NCBI GenBank assembly: GCA_951406725.2
Contig: OX597814.1
Coordinates: 200,446,001 to 200,510,000 of the forward strand
Direction of reading: 5' to 3'
Origin: Octopus vulgaris
Taxonomy: Eukaryota
Length of the DNA stretch: 64,000 bases
Part shown: positions 12,669-25,070 of the stretch, piece by piece
Numbering within the stretch: the first letter of the stretch is position 1
Layout: every line of letters begins with the position of its first letter
Program-made: the position numbers and the translations under genes
The notes under the pieces: model-generated
What the model was told of the DNA's origin: nothing
The model's input: the letters and a program-made list of their open reading frames with translations, nothing else
Database searches by the model: none

Positions 12669-13569
12669 ATTCTATAGTTGAATACAGCTTTGAAACGAAA
12701 TACTAAACACCAGTAACCTATAAATTGAACTGGTTGTAAAGAAAGTGTTATAATTAGTCTATCCGGTTTACATATACATTGATTAGAACAGGGTCTATAA
12801 GCATAATCACTGCAGATGAAGGCATCCTCAGTCACAGATGAAATTACAGCACAAGATTGAAATTACTCTGGTTATTCAGTGCTTTTCTGTTCACAAAGAT
12901 ATTAAAGACAAGGCATTTACATCTGTAGCCATAGTATTGGCTAACACCTATAGATATACTCTGTAGTTCTGTATTGCATTAACTTTTATTATTACATATA
13001 AAACTTGGTTTAAACCAATGTTGACAATAGCAAATGACAGAAGGAAATTAATTATTAATGGTTATTTCAAAATTGTGTAAGTGCCAACTATAATCAACAC
13101 TAAGTTCTATCACAGCTAATAACATAACTTTACATTATATATACATATATATATAGTGTCATATACAAGCAATGTCTAACATATTTGCCATCTAGTTATT
13201 GCCATTAATTTCTCAACTAGTCATTTCCTTGGAGATTTTCAGATCCATAACCTCTTACCATACTGATTGTTTAGACATGCCAACCATTTCTGTCATTGCT
13301 TAGAGAAGCAAGGCAATATCACTTTGTTTCTTAGCACTCACTCAATTTGGAAGAAGGAACAGATAAATATAAATTGTGATATGCTGAGATGTATTCCAGG
13401 TTTTATAGAAAGGGAATTATCTTCCTTGTTATCTCCAGCATATGACAGGAACTGAGGGAGGACATACATGGTCTCCTGGAATGTGTTGAGAGGAATTTCT
13501 GCTACGAGGTTCACTCTGGTACAGCAGAACTCAGATATTGATACACAAAGTTCATTGTAGCATCCCTTC

Positions 13570-13750
13570 ATCATCATCGTTTCCACTAATGTCTGCTTTC
13601 TATACTGGCATATGTTAGACAGTTTGACTGAAACTGGTAAGCTGGAGAGCAGCTACAAGTTCCAATCTGATTTAGCATGGTTTCTACGGTTGAATACCCT
13701 TCTTAATATCAAGCACTCAAAGAGTGTAGCGGGTGCTTTTTACATGCCTG
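13570..13750 (-). mobile_element. RTE LINE 3' end (5'-truncated)
   Basis: (CAT)n followed by gtctgctttctatactggcat...gagtgtagcgggtgctttttacatgcc, like 19327-19510. Confidence 0.75.
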
Positions 13751-13853
13751 GATAGCATCCAAGGTCATAACTTGTTGACGTGAACCCTCTTCTACTGGCT
13801 AAGAAGGCATTCCATAAACCAACCCCAAAATATGGATGTTACTTAATAAAATA

Positions 13854-14232
13854 GGCACAGGAGTGGCTGTATAGTAAGTACCTTGCTTCCCAACCATATG
13901 GTTCCAGTTTCAGTCCCACAGTGTGGCACCTTGGGCAAGTGTCTTGTACTATAGCTTCAGGCTGACCAAAGCCTTGTGAATGGACTTGGTAAACAAACTG
14001 AAAGAAGCCTGTCATATATGTGTGTGTTTGCATGTGTATGTTTGTATGTATGCGCTTGTCCCTCCCCATCATCACTTCACAAACAATGCTGGCACATTTA
14101 CGTACATGTAATCTAGCGATTCAGCAAAAGAGACTAATAGAATAAGTCCTGGGTTGATTTGTTTGACTAAAGGCAGTGCTCCAGTATGGCTACAGTCAAA
14201 TGACTGAAACAAATAAAAGAATAGAATAGAAG
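13854..14232 (+). mobile_element. Full-length tRNA-SINE family A
   Basis: ggcacaggagtggctgtatagtaag...ccttgggcaagtgtctt...(TG)n...gtgctccagtatggctacagtcaaatgactgaaac plus A-rich tail. Confidence 0.9.
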
Positions 14233-14287
14233 AATAAGGAACAAGACTAAAAAGTCAAGTAGACCAATCCGAAGGTTGAAATACATA

Positions 14288-14657
14288 TCTGAATATATAT
14301 AAACGGCAGTTTGTCTGTGTGTGTTTCTGTGTGTCTGTTTGCTTGTACCCTCACCCTGACCACGGCTTTCAACCGATTCTGATGAAACTTGACACACACA
14401 TAGCCCAATGTCATAATTCAAAACTAACGCAGCGAAAATTTTGAAAAGTTCCCCCAGTTCTGAAAAAAATCGATAAAATCGACATGGGGTCGAGAATCAG
14501 AAACAAACCACAGACTGTCTAGGGGACGCAACTCAACCTTTTTTAACTCAAAAAAAATTTACCATCATTTTTTTGCTATTTTTTGGCTATAACTCTCTAA
14601 AAATGCTTTATAGTTATTTCCCTTACAAACCTGAGCAACGCCGGGCGATACTGCTAG
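14288..14657 (+). mobile_element. Non-autonomous Helitron-like element
   Basis: Starts A|TC, carries a (GTCT/GTGT)n block, has a subterminal GC hairpin cctgagcaacgccggg and ends CTAG|T. Confidence 0.75.
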
Positions 14658-14769
14658 TCTGAATATATATTTGTGCTGTTAAGCCCAAGGTCAGCTTTGA
14701 GCAAGTAAACCTATGATCAATGGTATTCTTGCTTTAGCCACTCCAATTGTTTTGTATATCCACCATTCC

Positions 14770-15040
14770 AACAGCACTAGCCCCTGTGCTGGTGACACGT
14801 AAAAATCAACATTCGAGTGAGGTCAATGCCAGCACCACCAGACTGGCTCCCATGCTGGTAATACATAAAAAGTACCCACTACACTCTCGGAGTGGTTGGC
14901 ATTAGGAAGAACATCCAGCTGTAGAAACCTTGCCAACTCAGACTGGAGCTTGGTGCAGCCTCCCAGCTTACCAGTCCTTAGTCAAACTGTCCAACCCATG
15001 CCGGCATGGAAAGCAGACATTAAACAATGATAATGATGAT
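14770..15040 (+). mobile_element. RTE LINE 3' end
   Basis: cccactacactctcggagtggttggcattaggaag...ccaacccatgccggcatggaaagcagacattaaac plus (GAT)n tail. Confidence 0.85.
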
Positions 15041-15320
15041 CCTTTTCTGTATATTGTTTTGAAGAGAGGTGTGATATGAGGGAGAATTTGCTGCTACTTT
15101 TTAGCAGGTTTTGCAACCACATAATAGCTTCTGAATGCACAAACAATATATATCCCCCTCCCCACCCGCACATATAAACATGTGAATATGAACGTGTCTG
15201 TGTGAACATGACCATTATATACAAAAAGAACCCTTCGTATTTCCAATCCTCCAAGGAGGTGTCCAATGATTAGTTATTTACAAAAACACATTCCTTGTTT
15301 TGTCATATTCTGTTCTCTAG

Positions 15321-15403
15321 GTTTTCTGAAGAGAAGCATGCAATGAAAAGGAGCCTAAACATTACTTCAAAACCAAACATGGTGAGGAAAAACATCAATA
15401 CAT
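15321..15403 (+). other. Candidate exon
   Basis: Acceptor tattctgttctctag| and donor CAT|gtaagt; one open frame, FSEEKHAMKRSLNITSKPNMVRKNINT. Confidence 0.4.
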
Positions 15404-15833
15404 GTAAGTAATATTCCATGGGAAGAATTGTTTGGAGGAAATGTTGCTTTCTTGTCAATCGATTTATATTGACAGTCACTTCAGGATTGGCAGCTTCTAA
15501 GTACCAACATGCACACACTCATATACATACTCTTGTGTATACACATGCATTCCAAACTTAATTCAGAGAACTTTAAAAAATATATTTTCAACAAAAAAGC
15601 ATTTTCTTTTTGCAGCACCTTTGCCTACAGGAACTGTCTGCATTTTTTCCCCTCCATCTTGCAGAACATAAAATGGCAACGAAAAGAAAGTAAGCCTTAG
15701 TTTTACAGATTCTTTATAAATCTATTTAACTGTATAGCTAAATAATAGTTATTTCATGAAAATCAGAACTCTACTTGACAGTCTTCAATGGAATACTAGT
15801 GAATGGCAATACACAATAATGTTTGCTAATGTT

Positions 15834-15835
<2 letters not shown>

Positions 15836-15870
<35 letters not shown>

Positions 15871-15876
15871 TATATA
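15836..15876. repeat. (TA)n microsatellite
   Basis: Read directly from the sequence. Confidence 0.95.
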
Positions 15877-18188
15877 AAATGTTGGATTTCATTGTAAAAT
15901 AAATTTAAATATAAAATTCAATGAAATTTAAATTAAGAAAAATATGGAAAAGTAAGTTTGCAATTCAAATGGTTACTTATCTATTTTTGTTTTATTTTTG
16001 CAAGTTATGTACATTCCAGGCATGTTGTGTTTGCGGATTTTGATGGGGAAAGAATAAAACAAAGAAAATAAATCGTTTCCTTTTTCACACAAGTTAGAAA
16101 ATAAATCCACCCTAATATATTCTTCTTATTCAATAAACTGGAGAAAATTTTTAAGAATTATTATTATATTGGAAAATTTAACAAAACTACAGATGATGAT
16201 GATGGTAACGACAATAATAGCTATGATGATGGGGATGGTAATTGTTGTGATAATCATGGTGAATGAATAAATTTAGAGAGGAATTTACAAGAAAAATTTA
16301 GTAATGTTCATGATAAGAACAGAAACAAAAATGAATTCACAGAATTTTATACTCCATTTTGGGGGTAAAAAATCCTTATGCATTAAAAAAAAAATTTTTT
16401 TAAAACTTATTTACTTTTACATCACATTTTACCAGCTTTTGAGGAGATAATACCTTCATTATATTTTTATTGTGGTTATTAGCTTTGATACAATTGCATT
16501 ATTTTCAGACTGTAAAGCCTATTTTTCTCATCTTTTATAAGAAAGTTCATTGCATTGTGCCTCTGGCATGTAATATACATTAATCTACATGCATTTATAT
16601 GTGTGGGTGAGAGAAAGAGAGAGAGGATATGTAAGTATATTTGCAGTTGATCAATTTGAATATTATTTAATCCTATAGACTTTATATATGTATACATTTA
16701 TGTATATATGTATGTGTGTGTGCACATGCATACACTGCTTATATTTTCGTTATTTTTTATATTTGTTTTCATTGACTTTACTACATATGATGTAACACTG
16801 TTAATACTCTCTAGATATAAGTTATGTTTTGAGTTTTAAAGTAAAATTATAGGATCACATAATAGTATGGCATGCAACTTCCAAAACCCAACAGTCAGGG
16901 AGGCTGTCATTCTCAAATACAACATCCTGATGGTGAGAAAGGAAACATTTTTATTTACACAGTCACTGACCTTTAATCGCATGAATCCTTTTTTATGATT
17001 CAATGTTCACAAGTACATATAATAGATATTGTATATCTACTAAAGACCTCTCTCTTTCTCATCATCATTTTAAATTGCACATTTCCATGCTTGCATAGAT
17101 CACACAAAATTCATCGACACATATTTTCTATCATTAGGTATGATTCTTGTCAACTGTTTCCATGCAAGGTAATATTTCCACTTGAACAGACAGGTTTCCA
17201 TAGAATAATAGAAGTGAATTACATCACTAGCATGACGGTGACAGCAGTTTACAACTATCAAGTCATGTTCAACAGAAAGAGACATAAACTGCAATTAATT
17301 TTTTACTCAAATTTTGTGAATCCTAAACGTTTGCCCTCAGTAGACCTCCCTCTCTATGGAATCTACACAGGAGAAATCAAAAACATTAAGAGCTTTCTGA
17401 CAGACTGTTCTTCTATCTCATTACTCCTGTATAGTACCTCAAACCCTAGGTTATCTTCTCACTCTTTCTCTAATCTCTGTCACCTATAACTACAATCACA
17501 GTAGAGAATAGATTCCTTCACTTCTTGTGAAGAGGCTTAGATATATCCTTCAAGAACAGGGCATATATTCTGGTTTTCTGCACTCTGAGTTCACACCCTG
17601 CCAAAGTCAACTTTGCCTTTCAGGTTATATAAATTGAATACCTGTAATTAACTGGGATCAATTCTTCCCCTTCTCACATTTTCATTATTCACAAGATTTA
17701 AAATGCCTAAGACTTACCATATGTCACAACAGCACTCCTAAGTGTCCTACCACTCACTACCACTACAAAATTACCTGACAATGAAAATATATCCTCATTT
17801 TATTCAATAGCATAAAAATACAGATCGTATACATGTCATGAATATACACCAAATAAAACACTACATCTAGAATGGCTTGCTAGTAGCAAATATTTCTCCA
17901 AAATCTTTGAGAACAAACCTTGAGCAATGCAGAGGAGAAAAAAGAAGGAAGAAGAACATCATTTACACACACTGCAATGCTTCAAGTGAATTACAATACC
18001 CACTACATCTTCACTCCTCATGAACCAAATAACTAAAAACATCACTTTCTTTCAAAGCAGATCTCAAAATCTCATAATGACCACAAACATTTCATGTAGC
18101 TAAAAATCCATCAGAAAAGTTAGGTTTTCAGACTCCAAACAAATTTCAACTCTAAAAAGATGCTGAAACTTTGCAATGAAATTAATAT

Positions 18189-18229
<41 letters not shown>

Positions 18230-18733
18230 CATATACAACATGAATGGTTTATACCTGATAGCTTCTATCTTCCATCTCTCATTTACCATATACCTCAAAT
18301 GGATGTACTATAAAACTATTCTGCACATACAACAGCCATACCAACAATCCAACACACCTCCATCATCAGCTGCCCCATGGATATCATTATGGTTTCGACA
18401 CCTGTGCAGTACCATTCAATCCGACAGTGTCAACAGCACTAAAATAAGTGTTGTTTGGGAACAAACACACCTAAGATACCACCAAATTCATCCAATCTTA
18501 ATTCTAGGAAGGATTAAACACTGACATTATTAATTAAACAACAACAAAGAAATCACATTCACCCTATGTACAAAAACAGTATCAGTAAATTAATAATTCT
18601 ATAAGTAAACCTATAATTAACTCCGGAATTCTCTAACTAAATAGCAAGCTAGCTCTTGAAGTCCATACAGATAATATTCCTACTTGGCTTCCATAGTTAT
18701 AAATATAAAAGTGAAACTCGATTTAACTTAACT

Positions 18734-19147
18734 CATCTAAAGTGTATATATAATCAGGTGAAGTTTCGGCGGATTTCGGAAAGCATGAGGGCCTTAAAAG
18801 ATGCAGTGTCATGGCAGTCAACAACTGACGCAGGCAGTTTATTCCATGCTTCAGCAACTCTGAGCGTGAAAAAATGTTTCCGAAAGTCATGGGAGCTGTA
18901 TTGTTTTCTGACTTTGTAGGCATGTCCACGTGTGTTAGACACATGGAGATCAAAAAGGTGTTCAGTGTTGTTGTTGGTGAGGTGGTTGATAACTTTGTGG
19001 GTGTTTACCAAGTCCATCGCCAAACGCCGGAGCTTCAGTGAATCCATGCCCAGGGAAACAAGGCGCTCAGAATATGGTAGGTGTCTGATGGAGGGTATGC
19101 GTTTGGTTGCACGTCTCTGGACAGATTCCAGGAGGTCAATGTTCTGT
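18734..19147 (-). mobile_element. CR1-type LINE ORF2 C-terminal fragment with open frame
   Basis: ORF 18754-19155 reads LESVQRRATKRIP...YSERL..LG..SL..RRL..DL...TRGH.YK...RKHFFTLRV..WNKLP..VV, the CR1/L2-group C-terminus. It is flanked by a 47-bp direct repeat. Confidence 0.93.
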
Positions 19148-19326
19148 GCTTCCATAGTTATAAATATAAAAGTGAAACTCGATTTAACTTAACTAATAAT
19201 ATAACTAATTCTGAGTGAATTACACTATTTCATAATCCAAAAGTTAATTAAAACACTACATATGCATTAAATATTGCTATCTTCATATGCTTTAAGGCTA
19301 AACTTATACCAGTAATTTATATATAT

Positions 19327-20487
19327 ATCATCATCATCATTGTTTAGCATCCGCTTTCCATGCTAGCATGGGTTGGATGGTTCAACTGAGGTCTGGGAAG
19401 CCAGAAGGCTGCACCAGGCCCAGTATGATCTGGCAATGTTTCTCCGGCTGGATGCCCTTCCTAACGCCAACCACTCCATAAGTATAGTGGGTGCTTTTTA
19501 CGTGCCAGACGAGGCTGGCAAAAGGTCACAATCGGATGGTGCTTTTTACGTGCCACCGGCATGGAGGCCAGGCGAGGCTGGCAATGGCCACAATCGGATG
19601 GTGCTTTTTACGTGCCACTGGCACGAAGGCCAGTCGGGGCGGCGCTGGCAACGGCCATGTTTGGATGGTTCCCTTATGTGCCACCAGCACTGGTATCACA
19701 ATTTCCATTGATGTTGATCGATTTTGATTTTCACTTGCCTCAACAGATCTTCACAAGTAGAGTTTTGTGTCACAAGTAGAGTTTTGTGTCACAAGAAGGA
19801 AAGGTATGTGTAAGTCGACTGGCTACATCACAGGTAGAGGCCACAGGTTATGGTCTCACTTGTCCTGCCGGGTCTTCTCATGCACAGCATACTTCCAAAG
19901 GTCTCGGTCTCTAGTCACTTCCTCGGTTAGACCTAAAGTTCAAAGGACGTACTTCACCACCTCGTCCCAGGTTTTCCTGAGTTTACCTCTTCCACAGGTT
20001 CCCTCAACTGCTAGGGTGTGGCACTTTTTCACACAACTATCTTCATCCATTCTCACCACATGGCCATACCAGCACAAATGTCTCTCTTGCACACCACAAC
20101 TGATGCTTCTTAGGTCCAACCTTTCTCTCTAGGTACTTACACTCTGTTGAGTATGAACACTGACATTACACATCCATCGGAGCATACTGGCTTCATTTCT
20201 TGCGGGTTTACGCATATCCTCAGCAGTCATGGCCATGTTTCACTGCCATGTAGCATGGCTGTTCGTACACATGCGTCATACAGTCTGCCTCTTACTCTGA
20301 GCGAGAGGCCTTTTGTCCCTAGCAAAGGTAAGAGCTCTCTGAACTTTGCCCAGGCTATTCTTACTCTAGCAGTTACACTTTCAACACACCCGCCCCCGCT
20401 ACTGACTTGGTCACCTAGGTAACGTAAGCTATCAGCTATTTCTAGTTTTTCTCCTTGGAATGTGACGGAAGTTGGTCTCTGCACATT
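19327..20487 (-). mobile_element. 5'-truncated RTE LINE: ORF C-terminus, 3'UTR with tandem repeats and (GAT)n tail
   Basis: LRYLGDQVSSGGGC..SVTARVRIAWAKFRELLPLL...RGRLYDACVRTAMLHGSETW (ORF 20227-20544). The 3'UTR holds ~60-bp repeats at 19490-19700 and ends in (GAT)n. Confidence 0.93.
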
Positions 20488-20805
20488 TGACTGACCATGG
20501 GATTGCACCTCGAAAGTTACCCTCCAAGGCACAAGTCCGAGCAAGGTTGTTTATGGAAGACCAGCAGTCACCCATGTATACCAGCCTCCCCTCTCCACAC
20601 TACCAGTGTTATTCAAGGGTAAGGTAAGTGCTGATACAGCTTGGCACCTGTGATGTTGCAACTCATTTCTACAACTGAGTTAACTGGAGCAACATGAAAT
20701 AAAGTTTCTTGCGCAAGAACACATCGCGCAACCTGGTCCAGGAATCAAACTCACAACCTTACAATCGTAAGCTCAACGCTCTAACCACTGAGCTATATGC
20801 CTTCA
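20488..20805 (-). mobile_element. tRNA-SINE family C, abutting the RTE 5' truncation point
   Basis: Reverse complement aligns by eye along 45656-45980; A box tagctcagtgg and B box gtttgattcc are present on the minus strand. Confidence 0.9.
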
Positions 20806-20850
20806 TTCATATATATATAGATAGATAGATAGATATAAATAAATAGATGA

Positions 20851-21870
20851 GTGTACTTTACCCTTGTTAACATTATTATGTATCTTAAGTACATTAGCAA
20901 ATTTAGTAATCATTCTAGGGCAATTACTAAGAACTTAGTTAAGACTATTTCATTTAGATTATCTAAATTATCTGCTAATATTGACATTCACAATGATAAC
21001 GCCAAATTTTATAACTCTGCCTTACTTAAAGCAGGTTATAGAGAGAAAAGTTTCTACATTGATTCTATTCAGTCTTATTCTAACTTCAATAATGTAGATA
21101 TGAAATCAAGTTGTAAAAGAATTATCGATAACAATCATAACTTATGCACAGATACAAAGCGGAGGAAGGGAGATAACCCTTATTTAATCCCCTATTAACA
21201 TTCTAAAAGTAAATGTAAGACTTTCAAAAATAATTACACTAAAAATTAAGATAAAAAGTAGTAAAAATATTTGGTTCATTGTTCAATACATGAGACAAAT
21301 TAAATCTAATCTCCCACTGCAATTTCATCAAGCTATTGTTAAGAATTTTCCAAAGAATTCTAGGTATTATCAATTCACACACGGTTACAATTGGTTTTTC
21401 CAACACAAAAAATCTCTTACAAATTATCTCTTCACATAACAAACTGTTAAATATTAATACATTTACTAATACTAACATTAATTTAGCTAATACCATCCAT
21501 CCCTCTAGAAATATTAGTAAGAAGGTTATTGTATCTGAAGTTAATTCCAACAGAATCAAGTTATGTCAAGTAACACTAAAATCAAAAATTCTATATACCA
21601 GTGTATAATCAGTACTCATAATAAAGTATGATTTTGCATTGGAAGCACATCGTTAGAGTTATCTAAAAGAATTTCTATCCATTACTCAACATTTAGGGAT
21701 AGGAATAAACGTAACAGTACTGGGCTCAGTAAATTAATTTGGGATTTAAAGACCACAATGAACAATTTAACTTAGAATGGTTGATTCTCTCAATCTCAAT
21801 ACCTTATGACAAAGGCAAGGAATTCTGTCTTCTCTGTAATTCTGAACTATTTTTTATGATTTTTTTCTAA
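20851..21870 (+). mobile_element. Penelope-like element: RT thumb plus GIY-YIG endonuclease, decayed
   Basis: KYISKFSNHSRAITKNLVKTISFRLSKLSAN...FYNSALLKAGY, then LYQCIIST...CIGSTSLELSKRISIHYSTF...STGLSKLIWDLK...EWLILSISIPY...FCLLCNSE, which are the PLE thumb and GIY-YIG signatures. Confidence 0.9.
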
Positions 21871-22295
21871 AAATCCTGGGTTGGAGGGTAGGTGCCTGAG
21901 TAGTGCAAATATGCCATCTGCCAGGAGTAAGAAATCACCAAAAAATTATGGATGCAGCAACACGCTATTACAGTGCATGCATCCATACTACTACTGCTTC
22001 TTCTTCAGACATTTGTAACACTGCATATTTTGAATGTTATATTCCTCTCACCCTGTATATGTGATTTTGGACTACAAACCCCTTCCAAATTATTAACTTG
22101 ATATATATGCCTATTAATCAACACCATATGACCTCTAGTATTTAATATTTACACCCTGGCTTTTCTCAATGCAACAGCTTTTCTTATTTCTACAATGTGT
22201 AGTAAATATTCCAATAGATCATCTTGAGATTGAATGTATCAAACTCTCTCTCTCTCTCTCTCTCAGTATTTATTCTTCAATCATTTGCCTATAAA

Positions 22296-22660
22296 TTCAT
22301 CATCATCATCATTTAACGTACATTTACCATGCTGGCATGGGTTAGACGGTTTGACACAAAACTGGTAAACTGATTTGGCCTGATTTCTACAGCTTCAAGA
22401 GTGTAGCGGGTGCTTTTTACATGCCACTAGCATGGGAGCCAGTTATGAAACACCAGTATCAGCCACAGCTATGATCTCACTTGGCTTGACAGGTCATCTC
22501 AAGCATGGTATATTGCCAAAGGTCACGGTCACTTGTCACTGCCTCTGCAAGGCCCAAAATTTGAAGGGTGCTTTTTATGAGCCATGGGCATAGTTACCAG
22601 ATATGCGACCCTGGCATTGGCCATGACTATGATTTTACTTGGTTTCATGGGTCTTCTCTA
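22296..22660 (-). mobile_element. RTE LINE 3' end
   Basis: (CAT)n-ttaacgtac..ccatgctggcatgggtt followed by degenerate 3'UTR units. Confidence 0.75.
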
Positions 22661-23439
22661 GCACTATTTAGGTATTGACTATCTACATTGCTATAAACTA
22701 AAAAACCTGATGCAGTATTTCTCCAACACATTAACTGTTTCCAATTTTAATTAAATGGGACTTTGATGTATTAACCCTTTTAGAACCATTGTTTTGATTT
22801 TTGAAAATAATGTTCAACAATGCTTGCAGCTCTTCTTTATGAGTAGTCTTGATTAATTATAGTTATCATGCTCACTACATTAAGTGTGTTAGTGACTAAT
22901 TTACTGATTAATTATGAAACCCAGAAATCACTAATTTTTGTCATAAAAATTTGAATATGTTCTTTTGAGCTTCTTGAATGAAAAAAAAATCAATCTGAAG
23001 TTAACCTGCCTGATATCTATAACTATATCGATTATACATATTGTAGAGTTTTTCAGATGAGTTGAATCTTAGATTATCTGAGATTATACTTTTAATTAGA
23101 ACACAAAATCTCCCTCTTAGACTGTTGAAAAAAAAAATCTAAAGGCAAGGAAGACAACTCTAACATATCAGCTAATGAAAGTTTTTGGAAAAGACAATTA
23201 GAAGTGAATCTTGTGGGTTAATAATACATCTTGGTTTTGTATTCAATCTTAAAGGTATTTTCTGTACTGTCAAATACATGGCATAGTGTAGAATATTAAA
23301 CAGAATATTCTCCATTTAATGTTCAACACGATAAAGGAAAGTCATTAATCTCTTATTGTCATGTCATACTACATTGTGTATATTAATACATTCATGTGTC
23401 AGATCAGCTTGGGTGAGAAGACATGTAAGAGTTTGTAGA

Positions 23440-23555
23440 TCTATATTATCAAACGCGTTATATCCTAAAATAGAATAGTTAGGTGTAAGTTGAGGGAGAT
23501 TTGGTAACTATTTCTAGCAGATTGAGTGACCACATAGAAGCTCCCTCATTGACTT
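23440..23555 (+). repeat. Old dispersed repeat of unknown class (also ~15060-15130, 36240-36430 -, 53930-54125 -, 55860-56030 -, 62360-62600 +)
   Basis: Shared motif gatttg(g/c)..(g/a)ctatttctagcag...gtgac(c/a)a..tagag. Confidence 0.6.
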
Positions 23556-23590
23556 GACCGTCGTGTACATAGGTAGATGTGGCATTTATT

Positions 23591-23895
23591 GAAGGCACAT
23601 GGCTTAGTGATTAAAGTATCCGGTTCATGGTCGTAAAGTTGTGAGTTTGATTCCCTGCAATACATTGTGTTCTTGAGCAAGACACTTTACTTCATGTTGC
23701 TCCAGTTCACTCAGATGGAAAAAATGCATTGTACTTGATTGAAATCCAAAGGACCAGCTGAATCTGCTGAAGAACTATATTAAGGTTACATGTGACTGTG
23801 GAGTGCTCAGCCACCTCCATGTTAATTTCATGAACAGACTGTTCCACTGATTGGATAAACTGGAATACTTGTCATCATAACCAATGGAGAGCCAG
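23591..23895 (+). mobile_element. tRNA-SINE family C
   Basis: gaaggcacatggcttagtg A box, gtttgattcc B box, gtgttcttgagcaagacactt...ttgctccagttcactcag. Confidence 0.85.
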
Positions 23896-24356
23896 ATTTA
23901 TTTTTATATATATATTCATGTTAGTGCCTGCAACAGCTTTTGGAAGGGAGTTACAAAAGTCATAGACATACTGTATACATATATCTACAAGATTTTGGTT
24001 ACTGCAATCCTCTACAAAGTCCCACTTGTCTCATTCCATACATTATTCTGTTCAATGTGAATTATTTGGACTGTAGTAGCTATCTTGGTTTATCGTAAAC
24101 CTTTCCATCCTTTTTCTTTTTAACAATTCTCTCAACAAACATTAAATTTCCATTTTCCCTTAACAAATCTCTTTCATACAACTTAAGAACCCCTGGGGCC
24201 TGCCTATCTACATTGTTTGTCTTATGCAAATCATTGATAGACATATGTCTTGTACGTAAGCTATTTTAGTTTATCTATCAAATTTAATTTGGGCCTTTTG
24301 AGAATAGTTGCAGTTTTGGGATTGGATTGCTTACACAATCTTATCAAGTTTACAGG

Positions 24357-24434
24357 CCACTGTATAGTATTATTCAAATAAGAGTATGCATTCATAAGAA
24401 TGCATACTCTTATTTGAATAATACTATACAGTGG
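24357..24434. repeat. Perfect 37-bp inverted repeat with 4-nt loop
   Basis: ccactgtatagtattattcaaataagagtatgcattc-ataa-gaatgcatactcttatttgaataatactatacagtgg. Confidence 0.97.
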
Positions 24435-24521
24435 TGTATAATAAATATGTAAGCACTGGCTAGGTATTTTCAGTGTAAAAGTTTCTGTTTCTATCAATGG
24501 TTGATCCCTCAAAATTTACAC

Positions 24522-24552
<31 letters not shown>

Positions 24553-24849
24553 AGTGTGTGTTCACACACACATATAAATTATAATTTGTTGGATATAGTT
24601 TGTTGCACAATAAATATAGCTTATATAATATCAAATATTGTTCTCTGACTCCTCTTTGACTGCACTGTTTTCAATGAAACTACCATATTTCATTTTAGGA
24701 TTGTCCTATATTAAATGAGCAACAGATTATCTTAAGTTTCTGTACTGAAATAACTAATTTGACTGCATTAGATTCAAACGACATAAATCATCTACAATAC
24801 TGTAACAATGTTCCGACTGTCTTTTTTTTTTAAAAGCCTTTTATATCAT

Positions 24850-25070
24850 ATAATCCTTTCTATTATAGGCACAAGGCCTGAAGTTTTGGGGGAAGGGAGT
24901 AGTCAATTACATCGACCCCAGAATTCCACTAGTGCTTAATTTATCAACCTCAAAACAATGAAAGGTAAAGTTGATCTCATCGGGATTTGAACTCAGATTG
25001 TAGTGACGGATGAAATAGCGCTAAGCATCTCATCCAGCGTGCTAACGATTCTGCCAGCTCACCACCTTCC
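24850..25070 (-). mobile_element. tRNA-SINE family B
   Basis: catcgacccca...tttgaactcaga...gctaacgattctgccagctc is the reverse complement of the 8701 head. Confidence 0.85.

Noticed and set aside
16995-17489. 164-aa ORF (likewise 52839-53339, 28289-28741, 30366-30809 and 46996-47424)
   Set aside because: These show no domain motifs, have low-complexity composition, and run across repeat or MITE sequence; they are chance ORFs.
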